Shown piece after piece: positions 14,201-29,011 of a stretch of DNA of 64,000 bases (position 1 is the stretch's first letter; every line of letters begins with the position of its first letter). This stretch comes from Botryllus schlosseri (lineage: Eukaryota): the NCBI GenBank assembly GCA_051294905.1, contig CM119372.1, forward strand, positions 12,834,001 to 12,898,000. Direction: 5' to 3'. The notes under the pieces are model-generated. The model was not told the origin of the DNA, ran no database searches, and saw only the letters and a list, made by a program, of their open reading frames with translations. The position numbers were made by a program, and so were the translations under genes.

Positions 14201-17200
14201 CGCTGGTGATCGATGCGTACACTGCAGTACGCCGACACTTCAAACCGCAGGTGTATAGCTCAACAGGTAGCCGACGCAACAAAAAGCAAATCACTGTCTA
14301 TCGACTGACCTGTCGTCTCACAGAGACGCGCGTTATGATTTATTCCCTTTCAATGAAATAAATTATTCAAATTTCCAATCGTAATGGAATTATTGTAGCT
14401 ATTGTTCCGAACAGAATAGCGGTCACATGACCCCATTTGCTGGACAGTATATAAAAATAACGAAGCACAGGCGTACGCAATTATAAAAATAGAAAATCCG
14501 ATAGAAATGACTCAAAGACCCACTATGTGACGCCGAGATTATCACTTTTGATTGACAGCCAGCTACAGCCAAGTTTCGACTTTCAGCACCGGGGTATATG
14601 ATGTCCGGGAAATCCGTCAGCGCGTGGCTCTTAGACCTTGGACCCGGATAATCACAAATCCCGACCGAATCGGGGACGTGTCCCGTAAAGTGGAAACATT
14701 AGTTCGATTACTTTGATAATAATGAACACATGGTGACTTGATTCGTGACATTCGATCTACGACGAACATGTCTAAAGGAGGACACATGATATATACGCGC
14801 ACTGTGCATCAGGCGTCAGAATCAATTAAATTCACCCTTCGAAAGACTATGTCGTAAGTCTCAAGAAAAATTGCTGATCATACCGCAGCAGCGCAAGCGC
14901 GAGTGAAATCATGAGGTTCGGCTTTTAAACTTTCAACCCGTAGTGATATGAGGAGTTATTTCGTAACCTACATATCACGCGGCGAAACATCTTTTACGTT
15001 TTAGATTGCCGCGACCTGGTGGCACTATTTCTTATCGGCAAGGGGTCGTTTCGGATATTTACAACTAGAAAGCAAGTGGAGCCAAACATAGGAGCAGTGA
15101 CCTATACACTGGAGCGTTGACAGCAAACAACACCATGCGCGCGCAGCCGCGCATCCAATAACCTGCGTGGGAAACAATATCGGTGTTGAGTTTCAGGAAA
15201 TATGACACAACCGTTATTAGCCGTGTAACTGCAATGATTTAACGACCCTGTTCATTAATTTCGGACCATTGATCAAAGCGAGTTACTTTCGATCAGGTTA
15301 TATAGCCCGCACGAAACGATTTCGAGTGAGTTTCTTCTAGCAGATTTAGTCGTTTGATACATTTGCACACGAGTTTTTAAAGAACAGAATTTTCATAAGT
15401 AACATATTTGGCATTGTATGCGATGAAGCGTTTGAGTTCAAATGGTCAGGCTTGTAGTGCTGTGCAGAAAAGCGCTGAAGACGGCTGCAAGGTTGCTTAC
15501 CAGAGTTCGGAGATACAAAAAAGCGAAAATCGTGATGCGGAAGATAATCCAATCATTATACCAATGTGATGCAAGAGTAAATGGTATTCGCGGACTCGGT
15601 ATATGCGCGGCGGTCATGTGCCATATACCGACGTTGATAATAACAGGTATAGGCCGTGCGTTACCAGGCAGTTGACGGAAATTAGTTCGAAGTATAAATT
15701 ATGGAATGAGTTTGAGTGTGTGACCATGACCATGTGGAATCCTATTGATAATCGTTGCAAATGTGATTTACAGAATCCTAACGCAATGGACAGGTGGTGG
15801 CAGGTATGCCGAGTACAGTAGTGTCAGGACGGAGTTATGGTAAAACGAATATTATATTATAGTCGGTTCGACAGGAAAGCCGAAGTTCGAATTCAATACT
15901 TTCCATGCTGATTGCCGCAGGAGTTTTACTAGAGAGAGAATAGTGATCAAACCGACATCCCGTAACAGTTTCCAGTAGCAAAATAAGTATATTTTGTGGA
16001 GTTATATTTAAGTTGCTCGGTCATTTATACATCGCTTCTGAGTTTGAGTATGTTCAATGTTCACGATTGTCGCATTTTGCATTTCGCAAATGCGAATCCG
16101 CAATCCATGCACGTAATGGATGATGTACAGGGATCGTATTTTAAGCCCATTCGACACCGTAGAATCAAATCATATGAGCCAAAACTCCTATGATGTTTAC
16201 TTCCTTATCCATGCAGAGTTGAGAAGTTCCGTTTGAATTACAAGGTTATTGTTATCATAAGCTCATTAGGCAATGAATACAATGACAAAGCACACCACAA
16301 CACGGGCCGCTTGAGCTGTGTCAGCAATAGTGTCGGGACGGTGTGTATTCTGCTAATCCAATTTTATCTTGAGAAGTTCAAACGAGTTGTACAGGGAAAA
16401 TCCACGCTATTCCCAAAGCTCTAGATTCTGCGATGTGTGCGAGATTGACACGAATATCGCGAATGAGATTTCATGCTGACATAAAACCAAGGAGATTTAG
16501 ACGGAAGTGTCGCCGGGCCGGGAGCACCCCGGAGATACAAAAGCGCGGAAAACGCGATGTCTTATCGAATTTTGAATGCAGGTAGAATGTAGCGATTGTA
16601 AATAGACTTGAAATAGCCAATCAATGCCACGAATCGTAACGAGTGTTCATAAGATGTTATAGATATTTCGCAACCAAATGTTCTTTTACATCATGGCGAT
16701 CGCCATTGGAGGGTCATTCGGTTTCATTACTGACGAATCAATACCTGAGCAGAAGTCATGCGCAATCCTACTAGTCACGGTCGCGTTTGGCGAGCATATC
16801 ACTTTCTATTGACGATTTTGGGTTGAAATGAGATAAAACTTTGAGAGGGACGCTAGGATCAAGATAAATGGCCGTATAAAGGTCAATCCCGTGGACGGGC
16901 AAGGCGAAATAGCACTGGGGATGCAATGCGCCAGAGTCTATTGACGATTCTCGTAGTTCGAGGCTTACTGAATTTATATTACATTACAAATGACTTGGAA
17001 TGTGATATGGGATATATGAAATCGATTACAACCACCACGTACCATAGTCATACCAGGGGCGTGATATAGATATATATATGCGAATTTTAATTGCCAGTTT
17101 TCAACGACCAACGGGTGTGAATTCTAACACGCCTAAGAAGGCGTGGGCTCGTTAGATCAGTTCTTAAGTTTTACAACGGATTGTGCAGCAAACGACACCA

Positions 17201-20200
17201 ACATGTAGTCCGGTGGGAACGATTAAAACATCTGAAACAGACCCCCGTTTCACGAAGGATACTCGCGTTTTCCAAACGTCGCTTGACGCTCGGTCGTGTA
17301 CTAGCGCGGCACGCAAAACTGGCCTGTAGTTTGATTTACCGGCATTCCTGATTGCATGGATTCTGGTTAGCATGAATCGTGCCAACTTGTGATGCCAATC
17401 AAATGATCATATCAGATGTCATCTAAAAGGTCGTGTCGATCGCTCCCTATCCAAAACCGAACAATGTATGAGCGTTTTGCATGGATTGTTCTCCATATAA
17501 AAATGTGTTTCTGTCTTTCGCTACATTTGGCAGAAAATATGATCTTGGTGTCTGTATGACAGGTCAATGTAGGTATCATTGGCTTCACTAAACGTGGCGC
17601 CAAGACCAAAGTAACTCGCTTTCGAGATGATGTTCTAGCAGCGCGATGCTGGATTACTGGCGTCACCAGACCAACAGCACCAGCAGAGATTGAAACTCTC
17701 CGCCGCAAATGAAACCGAAACGGCGCTATTTCAAAATAAAATCCTCCACTCGCACACCGCTGAGTGCGCAAGAACTAATTACGCGATTTATTCATACAGT
17801 GTAATTAGCGCCATGAGTGGATTAAAAGCGTAGATAATCACACGGGCGTTTAGTAAAAAAGGGTTGCACTATGTTTTCATTAAGTCGCTCATCATCAAAG
17901 GTTTAATTATGATTTCGATTGTCGTAGCCATGTTACACACGCCGCTGCGACGGCGGTGTGCGTAAGATTTGCGAAAGCAAGCGGATGTCTGGATGTGTGA
18001 GGAAAGTCGAAAAATTCTAACGCACCGAAAAGAAAGTTTTGGAAGGTTTACGCGTATATCGCATTCGAAATAACAATTTTTCAACGGATATGAGCGTTGG
18101 GGCGAAATCACAAAATTATTCGAATTAATAGCATGTTAATAATGTTTATAATAATAAGTGAGCGTGATATTGAAATTGGTTTATTCACGTTGATCCCGTT
18201 TACAGCAACATACATCCCAGCAGTGGCATTATCTATTCGATGCATAATTATATAATATAATAAGGTGTATATACATTACAATCATTTTCACATATTATTT
18301 CGGAATACTATCCCGCAGATCACTACTCAGACAGTCAATTTCAAGTCTGCTTAATTTTTAATAAATGGGGAGCGGCGGTGGGAAGCCTGGTGATTCCAAT
18401 AGAACATAGACAAACGGCAATCTTCTGGGAAATATTTAAATATACTTGTAAAGCGTCCTATTCCGCGTACACTCCATTAAAGCATATTTCAATTCATATT
18501 TATGGGTTACAGAAATTTAACAACATACCATAATGATATAGCGTCACCTCTAATGAATGGAGAGGTGTAGGCGATATTTTAGGTGTTTGATCGTCCTTCT
18601 GACGTCATGAAAAGGGATTATTACCAGTACAATTTTGAAATTATGATCATTACATAATTTCTTAATAGCTCCTCAAGAAACCGCATGATTGGCGCAACTG
18701 CACTGAGGCAGTAACAGGACTGCCTTTCATTGATTCCGCAAGAAAGGTAGTCACATCAAGCTTCTCTTTGCGATATCTCTTAAATGTGGGCTATGCCGCG
18801 CTGTTATGTACTGATGCAGCAGAGAAACTGAACATTGAAATAGGATTAATGTTTGTAAATAAATTTTTCGAGCATCTAGTTCTGCCGAGCCTGTTGCAAG
18901 GTACAAAAAGCGGACGCAGTCGCCAACGCAACATAGACGCGACCGAAGCAGCAGCAACGCATATTCCTTGATATAAAATTATATCATAGACAGAATTACC
19001 GGTTTGAAAATTGGGTTATTTATTTCGCACGCCCGACGGTGGGCCTCGGTGTTCATAAGTGTTGAGAAATATGCGAAGACCGCAGATTCAACAAGATGAA
19101 AGGCCGATATGTTAATTGATCGCCCGTCTATTTCTGTCAGTCTTTATCAAACGTAAAACTTCGTCCCATTTATTTCTAATTAATTACACGATTGTCGACA
19201 ATATTTTGTTGGATTCGTTCAAATATAGAATAGAAGGAATGCTGCTGCAGAGAAGGGATAGGAGAAACTATTCTTCTGACTTCCAGGAGTTCGAAATCGT
19301 AAACCAGACACGGCCCGATATGAATTCTTCCAGAGTTAACAAGATTTGTGTAGCTGAAGTGCATATTGCATCTTGGGCCCTCTTTCAGATAATGTAACTT
19401 GAGCATGAAATAAAACGATTTAAAAGAAATCTCCTGATTTTGTTTGACTCCCAAAATGAGACTGTATATGCGATCCAGAAAGTATAAAAAAGCCCAACGC
19501 GAAATTTTACTTTAAATCATTGTTTTGCAGATATTTCAGGCGTTCTATCCTTTTGCAACCTCGTTTGTGGCGTTATTGTAATCAACAAATATCTTCCACA
19601 GTCACTGTGTCTTCTTATCCAACTGATTTCGAATTACAACTTATGCATTGGAGCTGGAATACTTGCGCGTAAAGTCACCAAATAATCGCCCGTATTATAA
19701 ATCTAGCTAGAGCGTCATTGGCGGTGTGTTGCGGACGTTGGCCATATCTAAAGCATACCTCAGAATCAGCGAATAGACGATTAGATTAGATTATGGCAGA
19801 TAGAAAGCAATTATACGCCTACCACTTTTAAGAGCACGCGCCAGTAACCGGATACGTGACGACGATAATGCGATCTGTGATGACACCGGCATATCGGTAG
19901 CTTACCCTTACCCAATGCAGTTACTTCATGATATATCAACGTATAGACGGAGGGCCGTTGGCTTTATTGCGATATATCTCCGTTACAAAAATAACATTTG
20001 TAAATCTGCCGGTAATGTCTCTTACAAAGAGGTTTATATGCTGCGCGACAGAACAGTTTCGCCTTCGCACATATGAGATGCATAGCATTTTAGCATTAAC
20101 TGGTCAACACCGCGGTAATCACTCTGAAGTGTCTTCCGTCACGCAATAAATATTCATTTATAGTTTCCGATAAAAATATTGACTGTGAGCTGGAGTGAAA

Positions 20201-23200
20201 ACTGTCGCACGCGAAATTCCGAATCCGTTACACGGAACGGGACACAGAGGGCGCGCATTATAACAAATATAAACGCAATAGATGTGCTAGGTATAAAGGC
20301 GAATACTTAGAAACGATGAACCCCGGTAGCATATTTATAGATATTATGCTTAAAATCAGGCGGCAAATGCTATTAGCTCAATCATGCAGAGCACATTATC
20401 TTCTCCATGAGTCACTAACAACTAACAACACTTTTGAGGTTCGAATTACTTTATGCGATATATGCTGGGATCTCATCAACAGACGGCGATAAAAAATAGT
20501 CTGAACAAATGCTTTGTGTTAGTGTCATCGATTGATCTTGCACTAGTAGCAGAAATAAACGGATTCAATATTTTCAAATTGAAAACCACACTCCTCTCTG
20601 ACTTTCATTATTATGTTAGCATTGGAAATCAACAACGATTTCCAACCGAATACATGATATAATCAAAACGGAGACAATTGACCGATATTTATTACAGGGA
20701 ATAATTGAGCGTTGACGAAAATAAGGCATGTGTATATATGGGACGTGAACGGAATGCTAAAGAAAGGTTGCGGGGTATATAATATATATAGACAGCTATG
20801 CAAAGAGATTCACAAAGAAAAAAAGGATACGTTCTTTTGGCACGGTTGCTATGAAGAAGTAAAATCTTAAAGATACAGTAGATGACATTGAGCTGTGTCT
20901 AGTCAGGAGGATGCGGGAGTTAGTTGCCGCAAATTCGCTAATTATCTCGAGGAGTCCGCACGCAACAGTTACCCTGTATCACTGTCGGAGGAAGGAAAGT
21001 ACTTAGAATATCGGTGTTTTACCAAGCAGGTCACATCAGCATTCAGCATGCATTTCTTTAGAACACTAGAAGTACTGCAGCGTCACGGCCTTTAATCTTG
21101 CGCATATAAATACGCGGCGATATGCATAATCTGTGTTTGATGAAGGCGAAGAAAAGAAAATACTTATGACATAAGTTTTTACAATGTGCGAACGGCTGGA
21201 AATTTAGCGTCTGTTGTTTGCGGCTTCGTAACTTCATTGCGTCGTTCCCTCTTCATCACTCTCATTACAAACCGAGAAAGCCTGCTGTAAATTCTATAAA
21301 CCAGCTCCGCCCGGACGCAACAAAATACTTTGAGGGCTTTCGCATGCTTTAATCGTGCCATCAATCAAGTGAAGAAACGCTTTCTGACAGTTTTCGGGAA
21401 AGGGCGATGTCATATCTTGCTGATGTGAGTATATGATCTAACGCGATTCGAAGCTAGACATATATCTAAAATACAGAAAAATGAAAATAGCACTTACGAA
21501 ACAAGCTGATGCTATGTATGTATCGTGAATCCAGATGGGGAATGCGATCTTTCGAATCGCGTTTGCAATCAAGGGGCAATGCGAAATAGTTCGTTGATAT
21601 TCAATTCGGTCATCTGAGATAATTGATTGGGTGAAAGTCGTGTTATCGTGTTCACAAAATCAGCAAATATCGAAATGAAGATAAAAAAAGAAGTATAATA
21701 CCACAGATAAAAATACCAATGCCAGATTGTGACGTGCGACTGACAATTCTCAAGACTTGTAGTATGGCATCATATCAGCGAATGAAGTACACGGTTATTC
21801 ACGAAGGATAAATCCTTAGTCGTTATCAAGCAATGTACATGGTAATCAAACGATGATTTTGGAATGAAACCCGTAGCTTTCAAACATAGAGGTTCCATGA
21901 ACTATCAAATTCTCGGTTTCGTTTGAACATAACCGTATATATACGTAAACGTACGTCGCGGAGATGGAGATAGTAACTTCTGGCTATTGTACATATATTT
22001 CCTCTCGAATAATTAACATAAAATGAGCGCCCGCGTGAAAATAAAATTCGCTAAACTAAACACGCCTATAATTACATTTAGGCAGAGAAAACGAATTTGA
22101 TGAATAGCCGTACACACTATGCTGTCTAATTAATGCAGAAACCTCCCTTGAGCAATCCTGCGTTATAAGATGATATGGTAGAGGTGGGGTGATGACCTTC
22201 TTGTAAACACATATTAACCATACCCATGCAAAATCCCAGCCTCCATTAAGAGAATTAAATCCAGCTCAGAAGCTAGGCTCAGCAGCTTAACGAGTTTTAG
22301 TAGACCGAAGTAGCCTTTTGACTAGTAACGATAAATCATATCGATTCCTGATGAAACACCTTCGTTTTCGTATTTTTTATATTGTAGTCTTCGTGTAGGT
22401 CGTTTCGCTTCTCATCGCCGAGATAATAAGCACCTTTTTGAGTTTGTGTCATACACAGAGTTTCAAGTTCGCAGTCCAGCACGCCAGCACGCGAGAAGGC
22501 TATGAATGTACGTTAAGAAATACTTTTTTAGAATCGATTCGTTGTGGGTGAAGAGATACAAGCTACAAGCGATTACGACTTTTGTCTCTTTGACTTTTGA
22601 ACAGGACAGGGAAATTTGAATACAGGTACGAATATTTACTGCAGGCAGCAGCATTTTCGTGACAAACATTTGTTCACATTTGTTCAAACTTGTAAGACGG
22701 TTGTCATAACAAACATGTCGAAAGATTACAATCGCAGCGTCCCGGTATACATGAGTGAGATTGGAGAAGCATCATGCACCGGTGATTCATTTAATGGCTT
22801 CAAATGTACCGCAAAATATACTCATAGGCCGGCGCGCAGATTTATGTAGGTAAATTTGCTGACTAGGGAAACGACAGAGGGGTGCAAAAACGCAGTGATG
22901 CGGGTTTGCGGGTGTATAGATTAGTATGAGGATGTTATGAGGATATGCAATGCCGCATGTAGTCTGCTTCGTTCCTCTTTTATATGCATTGGTTCCACGT
23001 GAGAACGGCTGTTTTACCGTCAGATTGCAAATACACTAAGCACTGGCTCACCAAATAGCAAATAAACTTTCAGCCGCACATTTGGGCGTCAATAAATACA
23101 CTTTACGGTAAAGTCAGGGGATACTTCGGTACGCTATAGACTCGTGACAAAAGCGATTTTCATCAAAAACGCTATCTTGGCTTGGGGCTTGCCATTGTTT

Positions 23201-26200
23201 CGAATAAATTAGATGCGATTCATCTCCTGCTGCAACATGCTTGACTCGAATGTGATCGAATTTATTTTCTTAGCAGCAGCAAACTTCACGCGGTGTTGAA
23301 TTATAATTAGTCCTGTTGATGTCTCATAATATATATATTAATTTAGTCCCATCAATTAAAATTCAAAAATTGAAGGGCACGAATTGAGTTGGAACCAATG
23401 GCGTCGACGGTGTGATATAAACGCGTGGTGGCACATGCCTATTATATTAGAAACATGTATTTACGGACACAAGACATGTATAACGATAAGAGCGAAAATG
23501 GCTGTGTTGATGTCCACTTGGAAAATAGCGTGAAACATTTGTACTAGGTGGTAAAATCAAGGAGAAAATGGATTTTGATTCGAAAAGGTGTCTCGTCTCT
23601 GACCAGGTAAGGGCCGAGTCTGGATTAGTTAAAGGTGGGATTATGAAAAATAAATCTGATGTGTATGCAGACTGTGAAAAGATTTGCATCTATATTCCGC
23701 CGATTTCATTGAATTTCGGGAATTGCTGAAAATAAAATTATTTCTGGCAATTGAGCATGAGTGTCATAATTTAAATTGTTGATTTAATACTTGTTCCGTA
23801 TGAGAAAGGTCTTGATAATCAAACGATGAAATTATGTACACCCGCTTATCATGCAATTCGACTCGATAACCACCACCAGTAAAGTTGATATTAGGTGCTC
23901 TGAAAGGTTTTTAGAAGATATTCCATAAACCTCACTTCACTTAACTACCGCAAAGCCACAATTCCATTTCATCTTCGCCGTCCATACATTTTAATGGGAT
24001 GTGCCCATCCATATAGAAACGGTGTCACGCAAACACTGGCCGATAATCGGCGCTTGCTCGCTTGATTTTTTTTTCAAATTGAAAAAAGAAGAAAGTCACA
24101 AGTTTTGAGTAAGCAATAAAGATTGGTCATAGCATTTGCCCTAAATATTGCACTCAATTCCGGATTAGCATGGATTTGAAAGAACCCGGTTAAAATTAAT
24201 ATTTCAGCACAATATAAATCGATTTTCTCTAATCAAGGAAAGCGACGTTTCCTGTAATTATAGGATATGGATACCGAATCATAAATGGTACGCTTTTTAC
24301 GTTGGCGATTGTCATGTGTTGATTTATCTGAATTACAATACCTATATCAAATGCCACGCTAGAATTACGCGGAGGCGCTAGAACTACCTGCAAAGCACGC
24401 GCACAAAAGGGACTGTCCCATTGAAATTGAAGTAAAAGTGGCTTTTGGTGTATCGTGAATCACTTGTACCATAGATTAGCGATCTTCAGTAGTGGAAGGT
24501 TGTTTACTGCAGATAATTCATTAATTAGAATCTTCAAAAGCGTTATTGTTCACTGTTCAGTGCTATATCATTGTAGATATTCCTCGTGTCGTCGAAACAA
24601 CACGGCTATTCTGTTCATTCACGCGCTGATTTCGGCAACGAATAAATGAGATATATAGAGAATGGATTATGAAACTCGCCGCCATCAAATAATTGACGGA
24701 CACACAAGATAGAGAATATTCCGCCGTAAGTCATGCGGTGCAATGTCGCGGAAAATAGGAGCTATAGAAAAGAAAATCCATACCGCGAATCATTATGGGG
24801 CATGTGGATAGCACTAGAAAATAGTTATCCTTGCGCTATCGCGCACAAGCTTGCCAGAACGGGTAGTGATAGACAGATCGCGCGATTCGAAACTCACCTT
24901 TTTAACCGCGGGTCAAACAAATAAATAAAGTTACGATTATCATCAAGAAAGTATATATGTATGACTCTGATGTCTCAAAATATAGATATTTATTAGATAT
25001 CAGTCGCGTTGCGGTTGAAAAGTCCGATTTCGGGAGTGATATATTCGTTACATATGAAAGTTATGTATTTTCTCAAACTGCATAATGTCTGCCTACATGT
25101 TATGAGTCAGAAAGTGGATATTCAAATAGCTTGAGCGTAGGATTCATTCTTATCCTGCCTTTTCCACGAAAGACAGACGCAGTGTAGTAAGCAAAGTTGG
25201 TATATAGCTGACGTGATAACGAGCAAATGAGAAAGAGATGATAAATAGTAACACCTCTAACATACAACTAATCTGCATCCGATTATAGAAATTTATCTGT
25301 ATATCCGTCGGCTACTACATGCGAATGTGTAAAATGGCTACGAAATAATATATATGGGCCAATGTATTGTGTGGATATAATCATATAATCCATTCGTCGG
25401 TCGCAGCCTCGCGTTTGAGCGAGAATAGAGCGTTTGAATCGGCCAGAACGCGATCTAACGACCCGAACGACCAACTATCTCTCCGATTCCGACTCTCATA
25501 TATTTTTGATATCAATGATAATTGTTGTCACTGAAGTGAAACTCTCGTTAAGTCTCGTAGATACACGAAATCTGGAGGGATTGCAATCTATACAGTTTTT
25601 CCAATTCCCAATAAGAAAAAAGAGGGAAAAGATGTGCGAGTATAAAAAGGAGGAAATAACGAGCGTCTGATCATACGACTGCTCGGTTTCAGATGAATAT
25701 AGCGACCGGCTCGAGACCACACCGTGACATAGATAACAAAACAGTCGAACGTAGAAAATAATGAGTTTGGTTGGGGCGCCATGCGTTATCTCGTATCCGA
25801 TAGAAATTTTTCTTCTATGCTTATTATGAAAGCGGTCGGCATATACGAGCAAAATCGAAAATGGCGTACTTCGCCTTGTTGCTATAATGTTACGGTCGTT
25901 GTGTGGTGCTGATACTTTATTTTATATGTTTGGCTATTTTTATGCATACAGAGTTTAGGTGCGGGTATGCAATCATTTTAGGCCATTTTTTTATCGTGAG
26001 GCGATTAATCGTTTCACCGCTCGGTTAAGGACTCGGCTTATAGTCATGAAATTAGGATGAAGACAGCGGCTGCTACCCTCAACTTGAGAGCATCTCCACC
26101 ATTCGCGTCGGCATGATGTACTGATAAACGCGATTTTGTATCATGTTTTGATGACTTTTTCAAATTTTCAGAACAATACTGATATATATTTAATGTCGAC

Positions 26201-26708
26201 AAGTGTCTTGGTAAAGTGTCCACATCGGACGGAGACTTTGGCAACGCCACGCGAGAATACTATTACATTGATGACGACAAATATGTCGACGAACCCACGG
26301 AGGGGTTCCACCGATGCGGGATGTAGCCACGCTGCTAAAGATATTATCAAGAATCCTGCCATATTAACCGAACATTCTTCGAATGCAAGTCCGACAGTAG
26401 CTCAGCGCGGGGTAGCGATGGGGATTAAAACGTGTTCTTCGACGAAGCCGGCCAAGTCGCGGCAGGTTTCCGTTTTCGGGAGCTTGCCGAGCGAGGGAGT
26501 AACGGCACATAAAACCCTATTAAAACAACTTCCATCAGACGGTATTTATGCAACGGACTCGACGGTGCGAAATTTACTTTCGCGCCGGGCCGGGAGGTAT
26601 TGCAAAGGTTGCACGATACAACAAAAAAATATCTGCGGCGCTAACATCTCTTCAACGAACACTGCAGAATCGACGGGTAGCAAACGGACTTCCTGCGTTG
26701 CACATCGA

Positions 26709-27003
26709 ATGTCGACACGGTTCACAGTGTTAGCGATACTATTTATAATACTCGCGACGTATTGTGACGCGTCGCCGATAAGTTCGAAGCATCGGTCGGC
26801 GAAATTTTCTTCAAACTCGACCTCGCATTTGACCAACGGCACGCGCCGGACGCATTCCTCGCGGCGAGTAAGCAAGCGGGGCATCGAGAATTTGATAAGC
26901 CACAGGAACCCGAAGAAACTGTACAACAATAAGATGGGGGTATACCTGGCGGTTAACAAAAAGGGCAGAGTCATCGCTACGAAAGACGGCAATGACCCAA
27001 ACA
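26709..27003 (+). CDS. FGF: Fibroblast growth factor, coding exon 1 (signal peptide/anchor, stalk, start of beta-trefoil); model join(26709-27003,29012-29118,29243-29452), 203 aa
   Basis: MSTRFTVLAILFIILATYCDASP hydrophobic leader, then KKLYNNKMGVYLAVNKKGRVIATKDGNDPN (FGF strands 1-3), ending at a phase-1 GTGAGT donor at 27004. The true start could be upstream (see findings). Confidence 0.9.
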
Positions 27004-29011
27004 GTGAGTATCTGGTTTTGATGTTTCGATGTGCTGATAACTACGAGCGGACATTTGTTATTTGACGTAATACGCGCGATTATGCGCAAATGTATCGAAT
27101 AAGTCAAATGTATGACATAACAAGTGCAGCTCGTCACAATAAACAGTTCTGTCATGATGTTCGCTGTCGCATGTGACACTAAACGATTGAGTTGTCAGCG
27201 ATAAGCAGTCTTCATCCAAACAATGCCTCTCCGGTATCGATAAGATCACAACGAATCGCGGATCGCGGTAGTAAATAAATTATAGAAAAGCTCCGCTGTG
27301 CACAATGCTTCGATAGACTCAATCCAGCCACTATACTCACAAGCCAGGGGCGAGGTAGTCAGCTTATGTCGGCGGAAAAATAAATGATCGTATCACGATG
27401 AAAACGATAAGGATTGTGTAATTACTGGATTAGTGGTCATACTAATAGATCACAGCGGAGACTGAAGTGCGGCCATTAGCTACACCAAGGACCATACTAA
27501 TAGCTCGAGTATAGACTATTTATTATCACCTCGACCATTCGGCTTCTATACAACCGTTACAGTCAATTGGCGTACCTTGTTTCGCATCCAACTCAATGCA
27601 GGTATTTCATTTGGTATGGCGATACACACATCGCGTGTTATCATATTGCTGGTAGTTGCTATGATACGAGAGTAAATAGGGTTATAATATGTTTAAATCC
27701 TCACTAAGCGGGCCAAGCACGCGATTGGTAATCACGAGATTCAAGAAACTAGTACACACGGATGATACAACGCCAAAATTCATATAGGGAAGATTTTTAC
27801 GGGTACCGTTCTCCTTGATTGAAGAAACAATAACGCGCAATATTATCCGATTCGGGTTTATTGAGATTTAGGGCACGTATACCGCAAATCGTTGTTGCCG
27901 AAAATGAAAGCAACCACCTGCATTCGACTTGATCCAAAGGCAGCTTTTGAGCTGCAGCCAGATTCGTCTCGAGTACCATTCTTGCAATGAAATTCGGATT
28001 TAGGGGATTTATTGAATCAAAATTATTCGTTCCGTTTTCCCACGCCCGAGAGTTGTAATTAGGAGCAAATCACAGGTGCACCCAAAATAGCGCAAATAGT
28101 ATCGAAACAGTCAGATATAGTACGCATCTGGAATACAGGAATGAAGACAGCTTTGTAATGGAATTCGAATACGTTTTCGAATTGATATATTACCTTAATT
28201 TGATTTGATTTGCTTCGCGCCTAAACGCAACAACAAACATACCGTTGAGACACGTTCTAGCAATTGTCGAGATCCGCGAATTACGTAATGCTGTTGCGAA
28301 GGTTACGACGAATAAATATGTACTGTAGATTGCACGTCTACTCAGTGCCGTAATTAACTGCCCGTGCCCATCTCCAACTCCCATCTTTCATGCGATAGAG
28401 GAGACAGGTGGTCCTAAACGGCGAAATCATGAGATTGTTTCGGAACAAATACCGCCGAAAAAGGACATGAAAGAAAATGCAACGCACGAAGTGTTGATTT
28501 AATGTATTAGTATTAGTAAGGTATTAGGTAGACTGGAACACTACATTACCCGCATGCTTTATTCAGCCGCGCCCGATGGTAAATCTTAATGTTCGATATT
28601 ATCTTCAAATGATCACTCCATTGAAATATCAGTCAAACTAATTGAGCCCGAGGCACGCACCCTAAACTGAGAAAACCCAGAAAACAACCTGCATTGGTTT
28701 GCTAAGTAGCGAATCATACCAGCAACGCCCTGTTTATCACTGCGGGTTCATGATATATATGGCTGCGTGCGAGCGGATCATGGGGCCAACTTGCAGTTTA
28801 CAGGAGCGGCTTAACTTCGGCATACATCAGTCTCATCCTTCATATTTAAAAAATCATGACTGTACAAAAAAAGGGAACATAACATATAAAGCCACACGCA
28901 ACCCTCAGTTCGGTTAAAATGAAACAAGTTTAATCTACAACAGCTTGCTCTACATCGTACAAGTTTATCTAAGTGCATGTGCAGTCTCATGAATGAAATT
29001 TCTTATTTCAG

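Noticed and set aside
19176-19454. FKBP-like ending (GRIHIGPCLVYDFELLEV) in a minus-strand ORF
   Set aside because: Only one short motif matches; upstream FKBP residues and spacing are absent.
26546-26992. 148-aa antisense ORF over FGF exon 1
   Set aside because: No recognisable domain or splice context; long antisense frames are common opposite GC-richer coding DNA.
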